Of a stretch of DNA of 64,000 bases, positions 41,302 to 53,075 are shown one piece after another; the first letter of the stretch is position 1; each line of letters opens with the position of its first letter. The position numbers and the translations under genes were made by a program. Where the stretch lies: the NCBI GenBank assembly GCA_039621445.1, contig CP154954.1:4268714-4332713 (forward strand). The letters run 5' to 3'. Under the pieces are notes generated by a model. The model was not told where the DNA came from, made no database searches, and worked only from the letters and a program-made list of their open reading frames with translations. The stretch is from Euglena gracilis (Eukaryota).

Positions 41302-41774
41302 CAGGGGGGGGGGGGAAATGCGCTCGCTCGGCCTCGGAAAAAATGCGCAAAAATACGCAAAAATGCGCAAAAAAATGTGCAAAAATGCGCATTTTTGGAA
41401 AAAATGTGCAAAAATGTGCAAAATCCGAGAAAAAATGCGCAAAAATCACGAAAATGCAAAAATTACCCAAAAACATGCAAAAATGGCACCAAATTTGGAG
41501 AAATTATGTAGAATAATGAGGAAAATGTAAGTTTCAAAAAAAAATTGAAATTTTCAAATTTTTGCAAAAAATTGCACAAATGGTCAAAAAATGCGAAAAT
41601 TTTGGAAAATCACGAAAAAATGTGCCAAAAAGCAAAAAAAAATGCGCTGAAAAAAAATGCGCAAAAAAAGTGCGAAAAATGCGCAAAAATGCGCATTTTT
41701 GGAAAAATTGAAAAAAATGCGCAAAAAATGCGCAAAAAATGCGAAAAAATGCGAAACGCATTTCCCCCCCCCTG
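41302..41774. mobile_element. CAG...CTG MITE inserted in a coding exon, 7-bp TSD
   Basis: TIR CAGGGGGGGG..GAAATGCG / CGCATTTCCCCCCCCCTG; CAGCAGC at 41295-41301 and 41775-41781; interior made of AAAAATGCGC repeats. It interrupts a Ser-rich run (SSDSS|SGTSS). Confidence 0.92.
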
Positions 41775-43689
41775 CAGCAGCTCCGGCACCTCCTCGTCCC
41801 TGGCCAGTGAAGCTCTCGCGCTCCGACCAGTGGAGGGAGAAGTGGAAGAAGAGGAGGAGGACACCATCGAGCAGACCACCCCCGGGATCAGGAAGCCAGA
41901 GCCGCCAAAGCGGAAGGAGTGGAAGGTGAGAAGAAGGGAGGAGGAGAAGAAAGCGGAGGAGAAGAAGGGGGAGGAGAAGAAGGGAGAGGGCAAGGGGAAG
42001 GGCAAGGGCAAAGGCAAAGAGGACACCAGGTGGAAGGCGGCGGGGCTGGTCCGTCCGCCCGGGCCGGGTGAAGCCCTCAAGGGCCCAAAATCCTACCACC
42101 TCCTCGACCGCAAGAAATACCCGGTGATGTAGCCAATGATCGAAGCGGCCATCGCCAAGGTAGCGGCGGAGGCGGCGGCGGCCCGGGAGCCAGCTCCAGA
42201 GGAGGCAGAGTCGGAAGAGGAGCAGTCCGAGGGGAGGAGCCACCGCCTCCACCACCACGACCAGCCCCAGCCGCTGCGGCCAGGAGCACCGTCCGTCGCG
42301 GCTGAATCCGGGCGGGAAGCCGGCTGCTGCCTCAGAGAGCCTCGCCAAGCGGCTCTCCAAGCACAAGAAGTGAGACTGGCTGTGGGCTTGTCTCCTCGGT
42401 CTTCTTTTTTTTCAATTCCCCTGCTCATTTCACAATTTACCTCAGCATCTTATGTTTTGTAAAATGTCCATGGGCGCATTTGCGCAATTGTCTCTGGTTC
42501 AATTGATTCATTCTCTCAAAGCCCTCAGGCATCACAAAAACCCCGCTGTCGTTGTGTACGTGTACGCCACCCACCCCGGCCGTCCACCACCTCCAACCCA
42601 TCGTCGACAGGGTCACCCACCTGCTGCTCCTCATCCCGTTCTCCCTCCGCATCACCTTCCCTTTCCCTGCCAGGGGGTGGAATTAAATTTTTTTGGGGTT
42701 GGTGTGACTTGCACATCCCCTCTTGTGGCTGCACCCCCTCTCGTGCCCTGCTGTCCCTCTCACCCGTGCCACAGAAAAATATCCCTCCTCAAGTCCCACC
42801 TCCCACTCACAACCAGCGCGACGGAGTGTGGGGCGGCCCCCCCCCCATCCTGTTCAGCCTCCAGGGGCAAGCATATCCCGCCGGGGGCTTGTGTTGTTTA
42901 TCGGCCTTTTCAACCCGGTCCCTTTTTAACTCCTGTTTCCCTCCCTATCCCCTCTCTCCTACACCGGCCCACACACATTCGGGTGTTGACTTGCGTAATT
43001 GCGTGCACAAACATTGTTCATCAATTTTTATGCCTCACAAAAACACAAAAATCAAAGTCATGGGTTGCACGCACACACACCAATGTCAGTGTCCCCCCAA
43101 GCCCCCACTGACACCCCCTGTGGGTGTCTCACACCGGCTGCCCTGACCGCACCTTCCACCCCCCCCCTGCGCACCTCTGCACCCTCCGCAACTCTCCCCC
43201 CTGTACCTCTTCACCCCCTTCCCCCGTCACACCAGACCCACCGACCCGCAACCCCCCCCCCAAAACCCTGTCACCCAGTCCCCTGCTTTTCTTCCAAGTC
43301 CTAAAAAATCCCAGTCCCAGGGGTAAAAGTAGCAACACACACTCCGAGGCACCGGGAGGGAACACACTGCTGGCGACACTACTTTCCCAAAAAATGCTCC
43401 GCGCACTCAAAGTGGCGGGCAGGGTCCCGGTCCCTTGGTGCTTTTTTGCTTTTTTTCCACTTGGGCGGGCAAGGTCCAGGGGGTTTGGGGCCACAAAATC
43501 CTCCCCAGCACCCCTCAAAAGCACCATTTTTTGCCAAAATCCTGGGGGTCACTCCACCAAAACCAAAAAATGGCTTCGTTTTTGCCCTTGCTTGCCGGCG
43601 TGTTTCTTCGTCCCCCTCACCTTCACAGCCGGAATCAAAAAATTCGGGAATTTGCGCATATGCGCAAATCAACATAAAAATCCTTAAGT

Positions 43690-44630
43690 GCGAATCCGGC
43701 CGCCTTAGTCCAGGGATGAGCCGAGACCACAACCGCCTACGGCGAGGACACAATATGGGCTACCGCCAGCTCAGGCGATAGACAAATATGAGCAGGCTCC
43801 CCATGCAGCAACCGAGAAGGTGCACTCGGCCTCCAAAGACTCGATCGAGTGCAAGGTCCCTCCCGCACCGCCACAAGTGCAAGTCGGCACCAGGGAGACA
43901 GCCACATGGGTGATGCTCCTTACCCTCCTGGTGAGACGCGGGGCAGGGCGCCCCACGGTCCCTGGACGAGACCCCTGTCCCTACATGGTGAGTAGGGGGT
44001 CGGGATCCCCATAGTGGCTCTATGCGGGTCGCTCCAGAAAGGCTGACCCGGATCTGGGTGGAAGAGGCGGGCTGATGAGGTAGCCAGGACCCCGTCCGCG
44101 CCGGCCGTCGACCAGAGAATCCCAGAGGGGCTGACCACCTTCATGCCTAAAGAGAGGGGGTTGTGCCATAAGCCCCCAATCCTGGGCAACAGCACATGGG
44201 CCGTTCCTCAGGTGTGAGTTGCTCTCCACAGCTCCAGGTGGGTGCCCAAGAGACCATGACTTGCCCGCTTGGATCGAGCTGTGGGTGGCCCCGGGGTCGG
44301 CATACTCTTGGGGTCCATAACTAGCCCACCCGCACAGCATGCGCGCCCAAAAACAAGGCGGTATGCCACCACCAGCCGGGCTTCAGTGGCACATGGCCCG
44401 GCCGGTTCCGAAACCGCCCAGGTCTTCGGACCTGACCGCTGTGTGCGGAAAGAGAGAGATACACGGGAAACTGCGGCTACCACACAACGGGTGGAACAGG
44501 TCCCGAAGCGATTTCCCACAGGCACATTAGAGCCTGTGAGCCTTCCTAGGCCGGGTTTAAGGAATGTTCCATGCGCTTCACCTCACTGCCAAGACAGTAC
44601 GGGGCTTGGAGTCCAGGGGTGAGCCGCGCC
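43690..44630. mobile_element. Second, diverged and circularly permuted copy of family B
   Basis: Starts at the equivalent of ~32215, passes ACCGCTGTGTGCGGAAAGAGAGAGA at ~44435, and ends again at 'ggagtccaggggtgagccg'. Confidence 0.75.
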
Positions 44631-46019
44631 GAAAAGGCCTTGGTTGGCCCTCCGAAAAAAGGTGCTGTCCCGGAGGGTGCCCCGTAGGTAATGGAGCAGC
44701 CATTTTTCCGTCCCGCGCTGCCTTGTTTTTGGGGCTCGTTTTTTTCAGCACCCCCCTCCCCCATTATGGGAGGAAGACGCAGAGCTCGTTCTTAACGGTC
44801 TGCACCAGACAAAAGCAGTTGGGGACGAGGGTTGGCAGGGTCGTCACCTGTGACGACGCCCCACCTGCCAGCCAGGGGCGAAACCGCAACACAGACTGAC
44901 AACACACACGCCCAACACCGACTGACAGCACACTTCCCCGCAAGCACACTGTCGGGTCGGTAAGGAGTTCCTCCCAAGGAGTTCCCCCAGCAACACCGAT
45001 TCAGAAGAAGGATTTACGCAGTGACCCTGCGTCCCATGGAGCTTTCCATGGCATTTTGCCCAGAATTGCATGGCGCGGTTGTTTCGCACCCCCATGCCTC
45101 GCCCCCAGCGCCCCATTTTGTGGGCTAAACCCTGGGCAGCTCCTGCTGAGCAACCGACGGCTCAGGTCACCCCCTCCCCCAGGGGTTGGTGCTGCGACCC
45201 CAGAACCGGCGGCTAAGAATTGAGTACTCGCGCCCCAAGCCTTCGGGTGTGTTCCGTATTTTTTTTGGCAATTTTTGCCCTTCTCCGCACCGAAAGGGCC
45301 TTGACTGACCCAACCCAAAGGGTGTTGTCCCAGAGGGTGCCGCGTAGGTAGTGAAGCACACACTATCGGGTTGGTGATGATTTCCCCCAGCCACACCAAT
45401 TTATAAAAGAGAGAGAGAGAGAGAGACATATTCCCAAAGCATACTGTACAATTCAGTACATGACGCAGAAGCCTGGTTGTCTTGCAATTCAGTGGGGCAG
45501 CCCTCGTCAGAGGGTTCTGCTGTGAAATTGGGGGGCTCCTCAAGAATGGGGGCTGACTGTGGTGTAGAATACAATTCGGCAATCGCATCTGTTTGGCACA
45601 CGCAGTTGCACTGTCGTAACAAAGTGTAACACCTGAATTGAGAGCCAAAACAGACAAATTCAAACACATTCAAAAAACAAAGATGGAAAAACTTGACAGT
45701 ATGAAAGAAGGAAAGTGTACAAGGAAAGAAGGCAAACTGTACGTGTACTGAAAACGGTCCTGACATTTCCATAACAAACAATAAAAAAATATAAATAACC
45801 AAACATTATGTCATATGTATTTTTTGAGAAAAAATTTTCATTTAAAACCTTCACCAAACACATTATGGAATACTCTCGGAAGCGTAAGAGAACGTTCTTT
45901 TCCATCTCCTTTCTATTTCTATCTCAGTCAGAATCTGTTCCCACTGTTCAGCTGGACAACAACTCCAGCACTGGCAGTTGTGTGGTTTTCATGATAAGGC
46001 GAAATCGGTGGCAATCAAC

Positions 46020-46275
46020 AGAGCCACACGACCACCGTGGAGGCACGGGTGGCGCGGTCACCGCCGGGGTGAGCGGAGGGCTCCTGCCAAATGGACCGTG
46101 GGTCCCAACGCTGCTGTCCGAGCTGGTGGGGCTGGAGGGAGTGGGGTGTCCCAGGTGAGGCCAGGGTCAGTCAGAGAACAGCTGCCTGCTTCTGACACAC
46201 ACACACACACACGGAACAAATCATATCATTGTTCTGAATTCCTACTGTTCCGCTATTGTTAGCAAGAACTCACCA
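46020..46275. repeat. Dispersed ~250-bp repeat, second copy at ~56446-56662
   Basis: Both copies share 'gagccacacgacca', 'cctgccaaatggaccgtgggtcccaac' and 'ttgttagcaagaactcacc'. Confidence 0.85.
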
Positions 46276-46387
46276 AGTTGTAGCGAAGAATCCAAATTGT
46301 AGCGAATTTCGAAAATAAAAATGCCAATGGGGGGAACCCTAATCCCCTGCCCCATGGGAGAATGAACATTCGGTGCAATTCAAATGT

Positions 46388-46666
46388 TCATATATACATA
46401 TACACACATATTATATTACACACACATATATACACACACATTATATATACAAATATATAATATATATATTTTATACACACACTTAACATATACACATATA
46501 TAATAGAGAGAATATATATATCTATCTATCATATACACACATTATATTATACACATATATAATATATAATATATATATTATACACACATTATATACACAG
46601 AGAGAATATATAGAAAAAAATATACACACACATAATATACACATATATAATATACATAATATAATA

Positions 46667-46708
<42 letters not shown>

Positions 46709-46746
46709 ATATATATATATATATATATATATAAGTATATATATAT

Positions 46747-46786
<40 letters not shown>

Positions 46787-46963
46787 GGAGAATGAACATT
46801 CGGTGCAATTCAATTATTCATATATACATATACACACATATTATATTACACACACATATATACACACATTATATATACAAATATATAATATATATAATAT
46901 ATATATTTTATACACACACATTACATATACACATATATAATATATATATATAATATATATATA
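46388..46963. repeat. (TA)n/(CA)n-rich microsatellite field with internal duplication
   Basis: Direct reading; 'ggagaatgaacattcggtgcaattcaa' occurs at ~46357 and ~46787. Confidence 0.9.
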
Positions 46964-47751
46964 CACTCAGTTACAAAAGTCTTCATACCCCTGGCGTGTC
47001 AAAAGTCTTCATACCCCCCACTTTTTTCAAATTTTGTGGACAAAGTTGCGAAAGATTTCTGTTCACCTCTGCACTTCCTCAAGCAGAGCCATATGCATCC
47101 TGCAGCACACACGCCATCACGAAGGCAGGATTTGAGTTGCTGGGTGCTGTGTTGTGCTCTCCCTGAGGTAGGCACTTTCCAGCGGTTTGTTACAACAAAG
47201 CCACAGCAAAGGTGTGTGGCAGATTGATCACAGCTCAGCAACATGAGTTATTCATCAAGTCAGAGGGTGCAATGCAAAATATGATGGAAAACGATGAAGC
47301 AACACACGACCCCCCCACACCCACGAAACAGGGGTGGGGGTGGTCGACCCCCACCCCCTACCCACCACCCTGGCTGTTTGGCCGATTCCTGCTATTTAAC
47401 TACTTGCTGCCACTTAAATATTTTTGTGTCGGTGTACGCATTTGCACCCACCGTTTGATTTAAAGCTTGGGCTAAAGCCATCCGTCCAAGTTGACAATCA
47501 AAGTAAAGCATACTCCTGTGTTACAATGGCCGCCATAATTACCTTGTTCGGGCTATGTATCAAAGGTGGTGGTACAGGGTAATGATCGTTGGCACATGTG
47601 AGAGAAAAGGCAATCAACAATAACCAACTTTGGGGCCAAATGACCCAGTGTGTGGTGTGTGGGGTAAAGGAGTTTCAGATAAGCACATGAATGTGCATTA
47701 AACATAACAAACACATGAGCATGCTCGCACATACATACGCGCACGCTCACG

Positions 47752-47847
<96 letters not shown>

Positions 47848-49329
47848 CGCACACACACGTTCACACACCGACACAAACACAAAGCAACACGGCATAATAT
47901 AAATGAAACCCAACAGTCACAACCACACCACACTGCACCACACCACACGCAACACACAAAATGCACGTGGCACGTGCAAGCCGCAGCATGGCACATTTGG
48001 AATAAACCCCCCCTCTGAATATAACGACGGGTCGTTATCTGACTTTTCAGTTGGTGGAAAATCCAGAGGGGGTCGTTATAAGTGGGGGGTCGTTATCAGA
48101 GGGGGGGGGTTTGCTGTTTTCCCTACCGCAGCTATGTCTGACACGCTTTCTACAATCCATCCACCTGGGTTCACACCTCAGTTGATGACGTTGTAAAGAA
48201 GTTTGATGAGGATGTGCAAGGGTCCTCTGTAGGCTCTGCTCCTCCGCCCACCCTGACCACGCCCCTGTCCAAGCAGCGGTCGATCCGCTCATACTTCAAG
48301 TAAACACTGGTGAGCCTGGACGCTCTTACGTGAGATGCATCATCTGACCCGTGCTTTCTGCTCTTTGTCAACCATGGGTCGTTATATTTCTTTTTTTTTG
48401 GTGGAAATTCCAGGATGGGTCGTTATAAATGGGGGGGTTCGTTATCAGACGGGGGTCGTTCTAAATGAGGGGGGGGTTTAGCTGGTAAAATGGCCTGCTG
48501 TTGATCTGAGCACCTGGGAGTATGTCTGGAAAGTTTTCTTCAATTCAAAGTTCCAAAGACGACCTCTAGGATGCCATAAACACGGTGGCAAAAGGTACAC
48601 CTGCAATGGGTTTTGCACCGGGGGGTCCAACCAGCCACCAGCACCTTTCTTCCAGTCAGCACCTCCCAACCAGGCCCCCGAGGTTGGCTGAAATAAAGTT
48701 CACGCAAGCCCAACAAAGCCACCCTAGATCTTAAATTTTTTTTTCGGCACAACGCGCAAAATTTTTGAAAAGGGAGATCAAAAATGGCCAGCAATGGCAC
48801 TTTTGGGTGGCTTTGGGTTTTCATCTCCAAATATTGGTTGAAAAATTACAACCCAGCTGGATTTGGGCCTGTTTGCCCGTTTTTGAGGAACCCGCCGGGC
48901 AGGGCAGAACGAGAATCGGCCAACCAGGGTGGTGGGTTGGGGGGGGTCAACCACCCCCACCCCTGTTTCGTGGGTGTGGGGGGTCGTGTGTTGCTTCATC
49001 GTTTTCCATCATATTTTGCATTGCACCCTCTGACTTGATGAATAAATCATGTTGCCGAGCTGTGATCAATCTGCCACGCACCTTTGCTGTGGCTTTGTTG
49101 TAACAAACCGCTGGAAAGTGCCTACCTCAGGGAGAGCACAACACAGCACCCAGCAACTCAAATCCTGCCTTCGTGATGGCGTGTGTGCTGCAGGACGCAT
49201 ATGGCTCTGCTTGAGGAAGTGCAGAGGTGAACAGAAATATTTCGCAACCTTGTCCACAAAATTTGAAAAAAATGGGGGGTATGAAGACTTTTGACACGCC
49301 AGGGGTATGAAGACTTTCGTAACTGAGTG
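46964..49329. mobile_element. ~2.37-kb non-autonomous Tc1/mariner-like element with ~400-bp TIRs, inserted in TA repeats
   Basis: 46964-~47388 is the reverse complement of ~48913-49329 (CACTCAGTTAC...GTAACTGAGTG). Mirror ORFs at 46999/49049 and 47036/49066. TA present on the left, degenerate on the right. Confidence 0.88.
48005..48478 (+). mobile_element. Internally deleted pogo/Tigger-like transposon retaining a C-terminal PIP box
   Basis: TA|AACCCCCCCTC...GAGGGGGGGGTT|TA ends. Frame 48142-48303 ends KQRSIRSYFK*, matching QxxIxxYF. A pyrimidine tract, CAG and ATG lie at 48117-48136. Confidence 0.72.
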
Positions 49330-49512
49330 AGAGGGTATATATGTATAGAGAGATATATAGAGAGAGAGAGAGATATATAGAGAGAGAGATATAGATATAT
49401 AGGAGAGATAGCGAGAGAGAGAGAGAGAGAAGAGAGAGATAGAGAGAGATATAGAGATATAGAGAGATAGATATAATATATATCTCTATATATACTCTAT
49501 ATATATATTAGG

Positions 49513-49563
<51 letters not shown>

Positions 49564-50127
49564 CGATTATATACACACACTTTAGATATACACATATAAA
49601 ATATAATATATATATTATACACACATTATATATACACATATATAATATAATATATATATATTATATACACACACATTATATATACACATATATAATAATT
49701 ATATATATTATACATGTATATATATATTATGTATTATATATATTGCAAGTGTTAAATTTAGTACCCCTGGTGGGTACTAAACTTAACACCAGGTTGGCAA
49801 CCCCCCTTAATTGAAGGATTAGGGTTAGGTGCGCTAATTGGCTATGTTTTGCTACAGGGCTATGCTGCGCAACATAGCCCTGTAGCGCAACATAGCCAAG
49901 TAGCGCAACATAGCATGTGCGCACCTAAACCTATACCATCAGTAACGGGGGTGGCGAAGCTGGTATCAAATTTAGTACCCCTCAGGGGGGGTACTAAACT
50001 TATATGTATATATATGTATATGTATGTATATGTATATATATATATATGTATATATGTATATATGTATATATATGTATGGATATGTATGTATATATATATG
50101 TATGCATATGTATGTATATGTATATAT

Positions 50128-50200
<73 letters not shown>

Positions 50201-50524
50201 GCTCATGCGTTCATATAGCTTCATACGAAATTATTTACGCTTGTCAATATACAGACACACACACTCCAGCACACATGTATATATATGTATATATATGTAT
50301 ATATATGTATATATATATATATATGTATGTATATGTATATATATAAATATTATAATATATTATATTATATTATATATACATATATATACATATACATATA
50401 CATATATATATATATATACATATATGTATATGTATATATATGCATATGTATATATATGTATATATATGTATATATGTACATATATGTATATATATGTATA
50501 TATGTATATGTACATATATGTATA

Positions 50525-50559
<35 letters not shown>

Positions 50560-50690
50560 ATATACATACATACATACATACATATATATATATGCAGCTC
50601 ATGTGTTCATATAGCTTCATACGAAATTATTTACGCTTGTCAATATACAGACACACACACTCCAGCATACACACACACACACACACACCG
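49330..50690. repeat. (GA)n/(TA)n/(TATG)n microsatellite field
   Basis: Direct reading. A unique ~75-bp segment is duplicated at ~50197 and ~50593. Confidence 0.92.
49755..50000. mobile_element. ~245-bp foldback element with hairpin-tipped TIRs
   Basis: ~78-bp imperfect TIRs, each starting with TTTAGTACCC-loop-GGGTACTAAA; central palindrome GCTACAGGGCTATG..CATAGCCCTGTAGC. Confidence 0.8.
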
Positions 50691-50744
50691 TGAAAGGAAG
50701 AGACAGAGAGGGAGTCCTCATAACCACTCTTTCTCCCAAAAGAG

Positions 50745-53075
50745 AACCCTGCAGCGGGACATATCAGCCAGGGAATGGAGGCCGGGGCTAACGGAGATGA
50801 ACGTGGTTGTCGTTGGGGATGTCCTTTCGTCTTTGAAGAGCCGTTGCCGCCTTGGAATAATAAGGTGGCCGCTTTTTGACTGAGGGATGACTCATGAAGG
50901 TTTGGACTTTGTTGGAATGCATTTTTTTCTGGCGAAATGCGGCAAAAAAAAGACAGAAAAAACAACAACAACACGACACCCTCTATATATACCACCTGAA
51001 CAAGTGGCTTGGATGCTTGGAGTTCTAATGGTAATAAATGCACCTTAGCTATCTGCAACAGCCCTGACGACTCGCACGGTCAAGTGGCGGTGATGGGACT
51101 GCAAGAGCTTCAGCAGCCTCAGGCCACTGTGCAAAAGTGGTCCCCTACACGGCTCCTAATAGCTCCATGGTTCATTCCGAATTTGGTGTTCTAATCATGG
51201 TCGGCCTAGCCGGCACGTAACTGGCCGGAGGTTGAGAAGGGAATGTCAATACAACAAAAAAATCATGATTCAAAACCACACAATGATACTTGTGGCAATG
51301 TCATACATTTTCTGGCTGTCAGTGCTGGGAATAATTGCCACAGAATGTGCCATACTTTTTGCTCTTCTTCTCACACAGTATTTTAAAGGTTCGATAAATT
51401 CAATTACTTAACCTTTTGATGTCTTCAGTCACATACACCTGCGTCCCCATTCCAGGGAATTTGTTAAGCCAGACCCCCCTACCCCCCCCCCCGGGTCCAG
51501 CAAGCCAGCACCGTTTTTTCAGCCAACATGTGCCAGCAGCCAACGCCTGCCATTCATATAGCGGGCACTCCCCCCCAAGAGTGGGTGGGAGTGATGAGGG
51601 TGAGTGTCAATAATATCTTCGCGGGCCAGCGAAACCGGCCTGGACCAAAAAATTGATAAAAAAAGGCCTAAAATGGCCAAAAATGGCCATTTTCCATTTT
51701 TTGATCGTTTTTTTTTTTTTTGTTTTTACCTCAACAAGTTGGCTGAATAAACCCCAACACAGGTGGATTTGGGCTTTTTTTTTGCCTGCTTTTGGGTGCC
51801 AGCCGGGTCAGCTGATTAGGACCCACCCCACTGGACCACTCTGGGGGGGGGGGTCCAGCCAGCACTGTTTTTCAAGCTTTAATAATTGGCAAAATCAACT
51901 GCAGTATTTTCATGCAGAGAATTCCTTGAAAAAGACTTGAAGGAAGAAGGAAGATGCATTTCATTCAATTATGAAGGTGCATTGTCTTTGAAAGCTTTCT
52001 TCCTTTCAACTGTTTTATATATAATTTATCCCCAGAGGTCCAGTTTTAGCCACCCATTTCGCCACAGTGACCCATCAACTTTCAAGTAATTTTAGCCATT
52101 TGAATTCGAAACCAATTTCCCCATTTTGAGCCATCCTTTGAAATTTGCTCCATCTGAGCAATCACACGCTATTCCATCTTCGTGTTCTTACCACTCTATA
52201 AGGACCAAGAAATGGTTTCAACCCGTAAATTTTGGTGGTTTACAAATCGCATGCAAATTGTACCATCTCAATCAAAGAAGAAACAAAGCTCCAGCCAGCC
52301 AAAAGGGAGGTTTGAAGCTCAGGCGGGGGATACAGACGCTGGCTGTAAAAAAGGGTGTAGAAAATCAGTGAACCTTCCCACACGGTGCACACAGTGCGCC
52401 ACGCGGTGCACACAGTGCCGCACGTAGTGCACGTGGTATGGCAGCATCCCCCCCGGCCGGTTCTGGTCGTAACCCCTCCTATGGGGATCAGAAACGTCGG
52501 CAATGTTTGACCCTGGTCTCCCCTGGTGGGGCCGACTCGGCCAATAGTGCCTCCAAACAGCTAAAGCCCCAACTACCACAACAACTGAACTTCAAGAATG
52601 AAATTTCCAGGGGGAAAAAATACAAGGAACTGGAAAAAAATGCTGATTGTTCGAGTATCTGTATCTATTTCTGGCAAGCACTACGATGTTTGTTACGATG
52701 TTTTTTACGATGTTTCTGGCGTGCGGCAGAAACATACAAAAAACACAGTCGACTATAGTCGACCTGCGCACTATTTTGTCGTATATTTCTAAATTGTATG
52801 CAATCCAACGCGACCATAAAAAGCATACCCATCCACGGAAGGTTGATACCACCCCAACCTTCGGCTAAACACGACAATCGCCTGCACGCCGTCCGAGCCG
52901 CTCTGGAGCCGTTCCACTCAACCCCCACATCGGCACTGCAGGGCAGCAACAGAGAGGAGAGCATTTTGTTGGGAGGATGGCTTGCCTGTGAAAAGGTGGG
53001 GGCAGATGGAACGTTGCAAATGCCGTCCAAGTCTGGGATGAGGTTAAATGCTCCCTCATTGTGTTTGTGTTGGCC
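50745..53075 (+). repeat. Dispersed repeat family A, most complete copy
   Basis: Homologous blocks at 57015-57262, 58060-59200, 62925-64000 and 2270-5240. Confidence 0.85.

Larger units (their letters stand above)
38323..42370 (+). pseudogene. Broken multi-exon gene 2, unknown product with charged and acidic C-terminal region
   Basis: ATG at 38323 follows a pyrimidine-rich CAG at 38310-38312. In-frame GT-AG intron 38712-39019, in-frame GC-AG intron 39481-39644, non-conventional intron 39938-40175, and further introns at ~39116-39267 and ~40428-40555. Several frameshifts and a TAG at ~41093. Confidence 0.75.

Noticed and set aside
49849-50883. Tyr/Ile-rich ORFs (likewise poly-N, poly-K, poly-F and RE/SL ORFs elsewhere)
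   Set aside because: They are translations of microsatellites.
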